A stretch of DNA of 64,000 nucleotides from Ginglymostoma cirratum (lineage: Eukaryota): the NCBI GenBank assembly GCA_024137785.1, contig JAHRHZ010000003.1, positions 13,092,761 through 13,156,760 on the forward strand. The letters run 5' to 3'. The position numbers and the translations under genes are program-made. The stretch's first letter is position 1. Every line of letters starts with the position of its first letter. Below, one piece after another: positions 63,224 to 64,000 of the stretch. The notes under the pieces were generated by a model. The model saw nothing but the letters and a program-made list of their open reading frames with translations, was not told where the DNA came from and searched no databases.

Positions 63224-63555
63224 GGCATGGTGGCTCAGTGGTTAGCACTGCTGCCTCACAGCACCAGGGACCCGGTTCAATTCCACCCTTGGGCGACTGT
63301 GTGGAGTTTCCACGTTCTCCCTGTGTCTGTGTGGGTTTCCTCTGGGTGCTCCAGTTTCCTCCCGGTCCAAAGATGTGCAGGTTAAGTGGATTGGCCATGC
63401 TGAATTGCCCATAGTGTTCCGGGATGTGTAGATTAGGTGGGTTATAGGACGATGGGTCTGGGTGGGATGCTCGGAGGGTCAGAGTGGACTTGTTGGGCCG
63501 AGGTCCTGTTTCCACACTGTAGGGAATCTGTGATTCTTTGAATGATGATTCTATG
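63224..63555 (+). mobile_element. HE1-type V-SINE (elasmobranch tRNA-derived SINE with CR1/HER1 tail)
   Basis: A-box TGGCTCAGTGG (63231), B-box GGTTCAATTCC (63274), V-domain gtgtggagtttccacgttctccctgtgtctgtgtgggtttcctc, CR1-like tail cctgtttccacactgtagggaatctgtgattct. Confidence 0.92.
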
Positions 63556-64000
63556 TACCTCACCCCGAGAGTCTACAAATAGTCAAAGTTGCTGGGCTGC
63601 CACCTCTCTATCCATTAATGCAAACTGCCATGTCTACTTGTGGGGTCATTACCTGCTGCATTCCATTTGGCCTCATTGCAAACCTGGACAACATTTCTTC
63701 TCTGAACTGCGCATGAAAATTGGAAATCTGTGCTTCCCAACTTGAAGTCAAAATTGCTGTCTTTTTCTGACATTCCTTCAGGCCACAAGCCTGAAAAATT
63801 GGGGTAGCATCTTCAAAACGTCAGTGAAGTGTCTTGAGACAAACCTTAATGTGCAAGCGATAAACAAATGAAAGTTTTCAACAAAGTGGAACAGGCGCAA
63901 TCTGATTCAGTGTAACTGTTTGAAGTTTATGTTGTGAATTCATCTATTTTGCCACTTGTCACCCTCCATCTGATGTTGCCTGAGAGGCACATTCATAAGG

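Larger units (their letters stand above)
1694..64000 (+). other. KAT6A: Large KAT6A intron following the first coding exon (continues past window end)
   Basis: Donor GTAGGT at 1694. No sequence encoding the expected next exon (PVAEPIPICSFCLG...) was seen. Repeat-rich, T/G-skewed sense strand. Confidence 0.8.

Noticed and set aside
63224-63290. tRNA gene (also at 53542, 6098, 16001, 36785)
   Set aside because: A/B boxes are present, but I could not fold a proper cloverleaf and the sequences continue into SINE bodies or stop short.
1694-64000. KAT6A PHD-finger exon or a nested protein-coding gene
   Set aside because: No PVAEPIPICSFC-like coding stretch or other recognisable non-TE protein was seen by eye; a tBLASTn search would be needed to exclude small exons.

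Overview
Vertebrate genomic DNA, almost certainly from a cartilaginous fish (shark). The repeats include an HE1 V-SINE, HER1-type CR1 LINEs, Deu-domain SINEs and abundant Penelope pLTR fragments; a carpet shark such as zebra shark is a guess from recalled repeat sequences. The window holds the 5' end of the histone acetyltransferase gene KAT6A (MOZ/MYST3) on the + strand: the edge of a CpG island (1-350), the first coding exon (ATG 1094, 200 codons, phase-0 donor at 1694, encoding the WH1/WH2 winged-helix region), then more than 62 kb of the next intron. I did not find the next (PHD-finger) exon. The intron is a mosaic of decayed retroelements. The most interesting signals are: (i) an ORF1-less LINE with a tRNA-like Pol III head, plus SINEs that look like its internal-deletion derivatives; (ii) Penelope pseudo-LTR fragments with minimal hammerhead-ribozyme cores, repeatedly arranged head-to-head, one as a 47-bp hairpin between a 15-bp TSD; (iii) a well-formed candidate 44-nt poison exon; (iv) uORFs in the 5' UTR; (v) two short local duplications. 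No prokaryotic genes or CRISPR arrays were seen. Repeat family names and most repeat boundaries come from recalled consensus sequences and are approximate.
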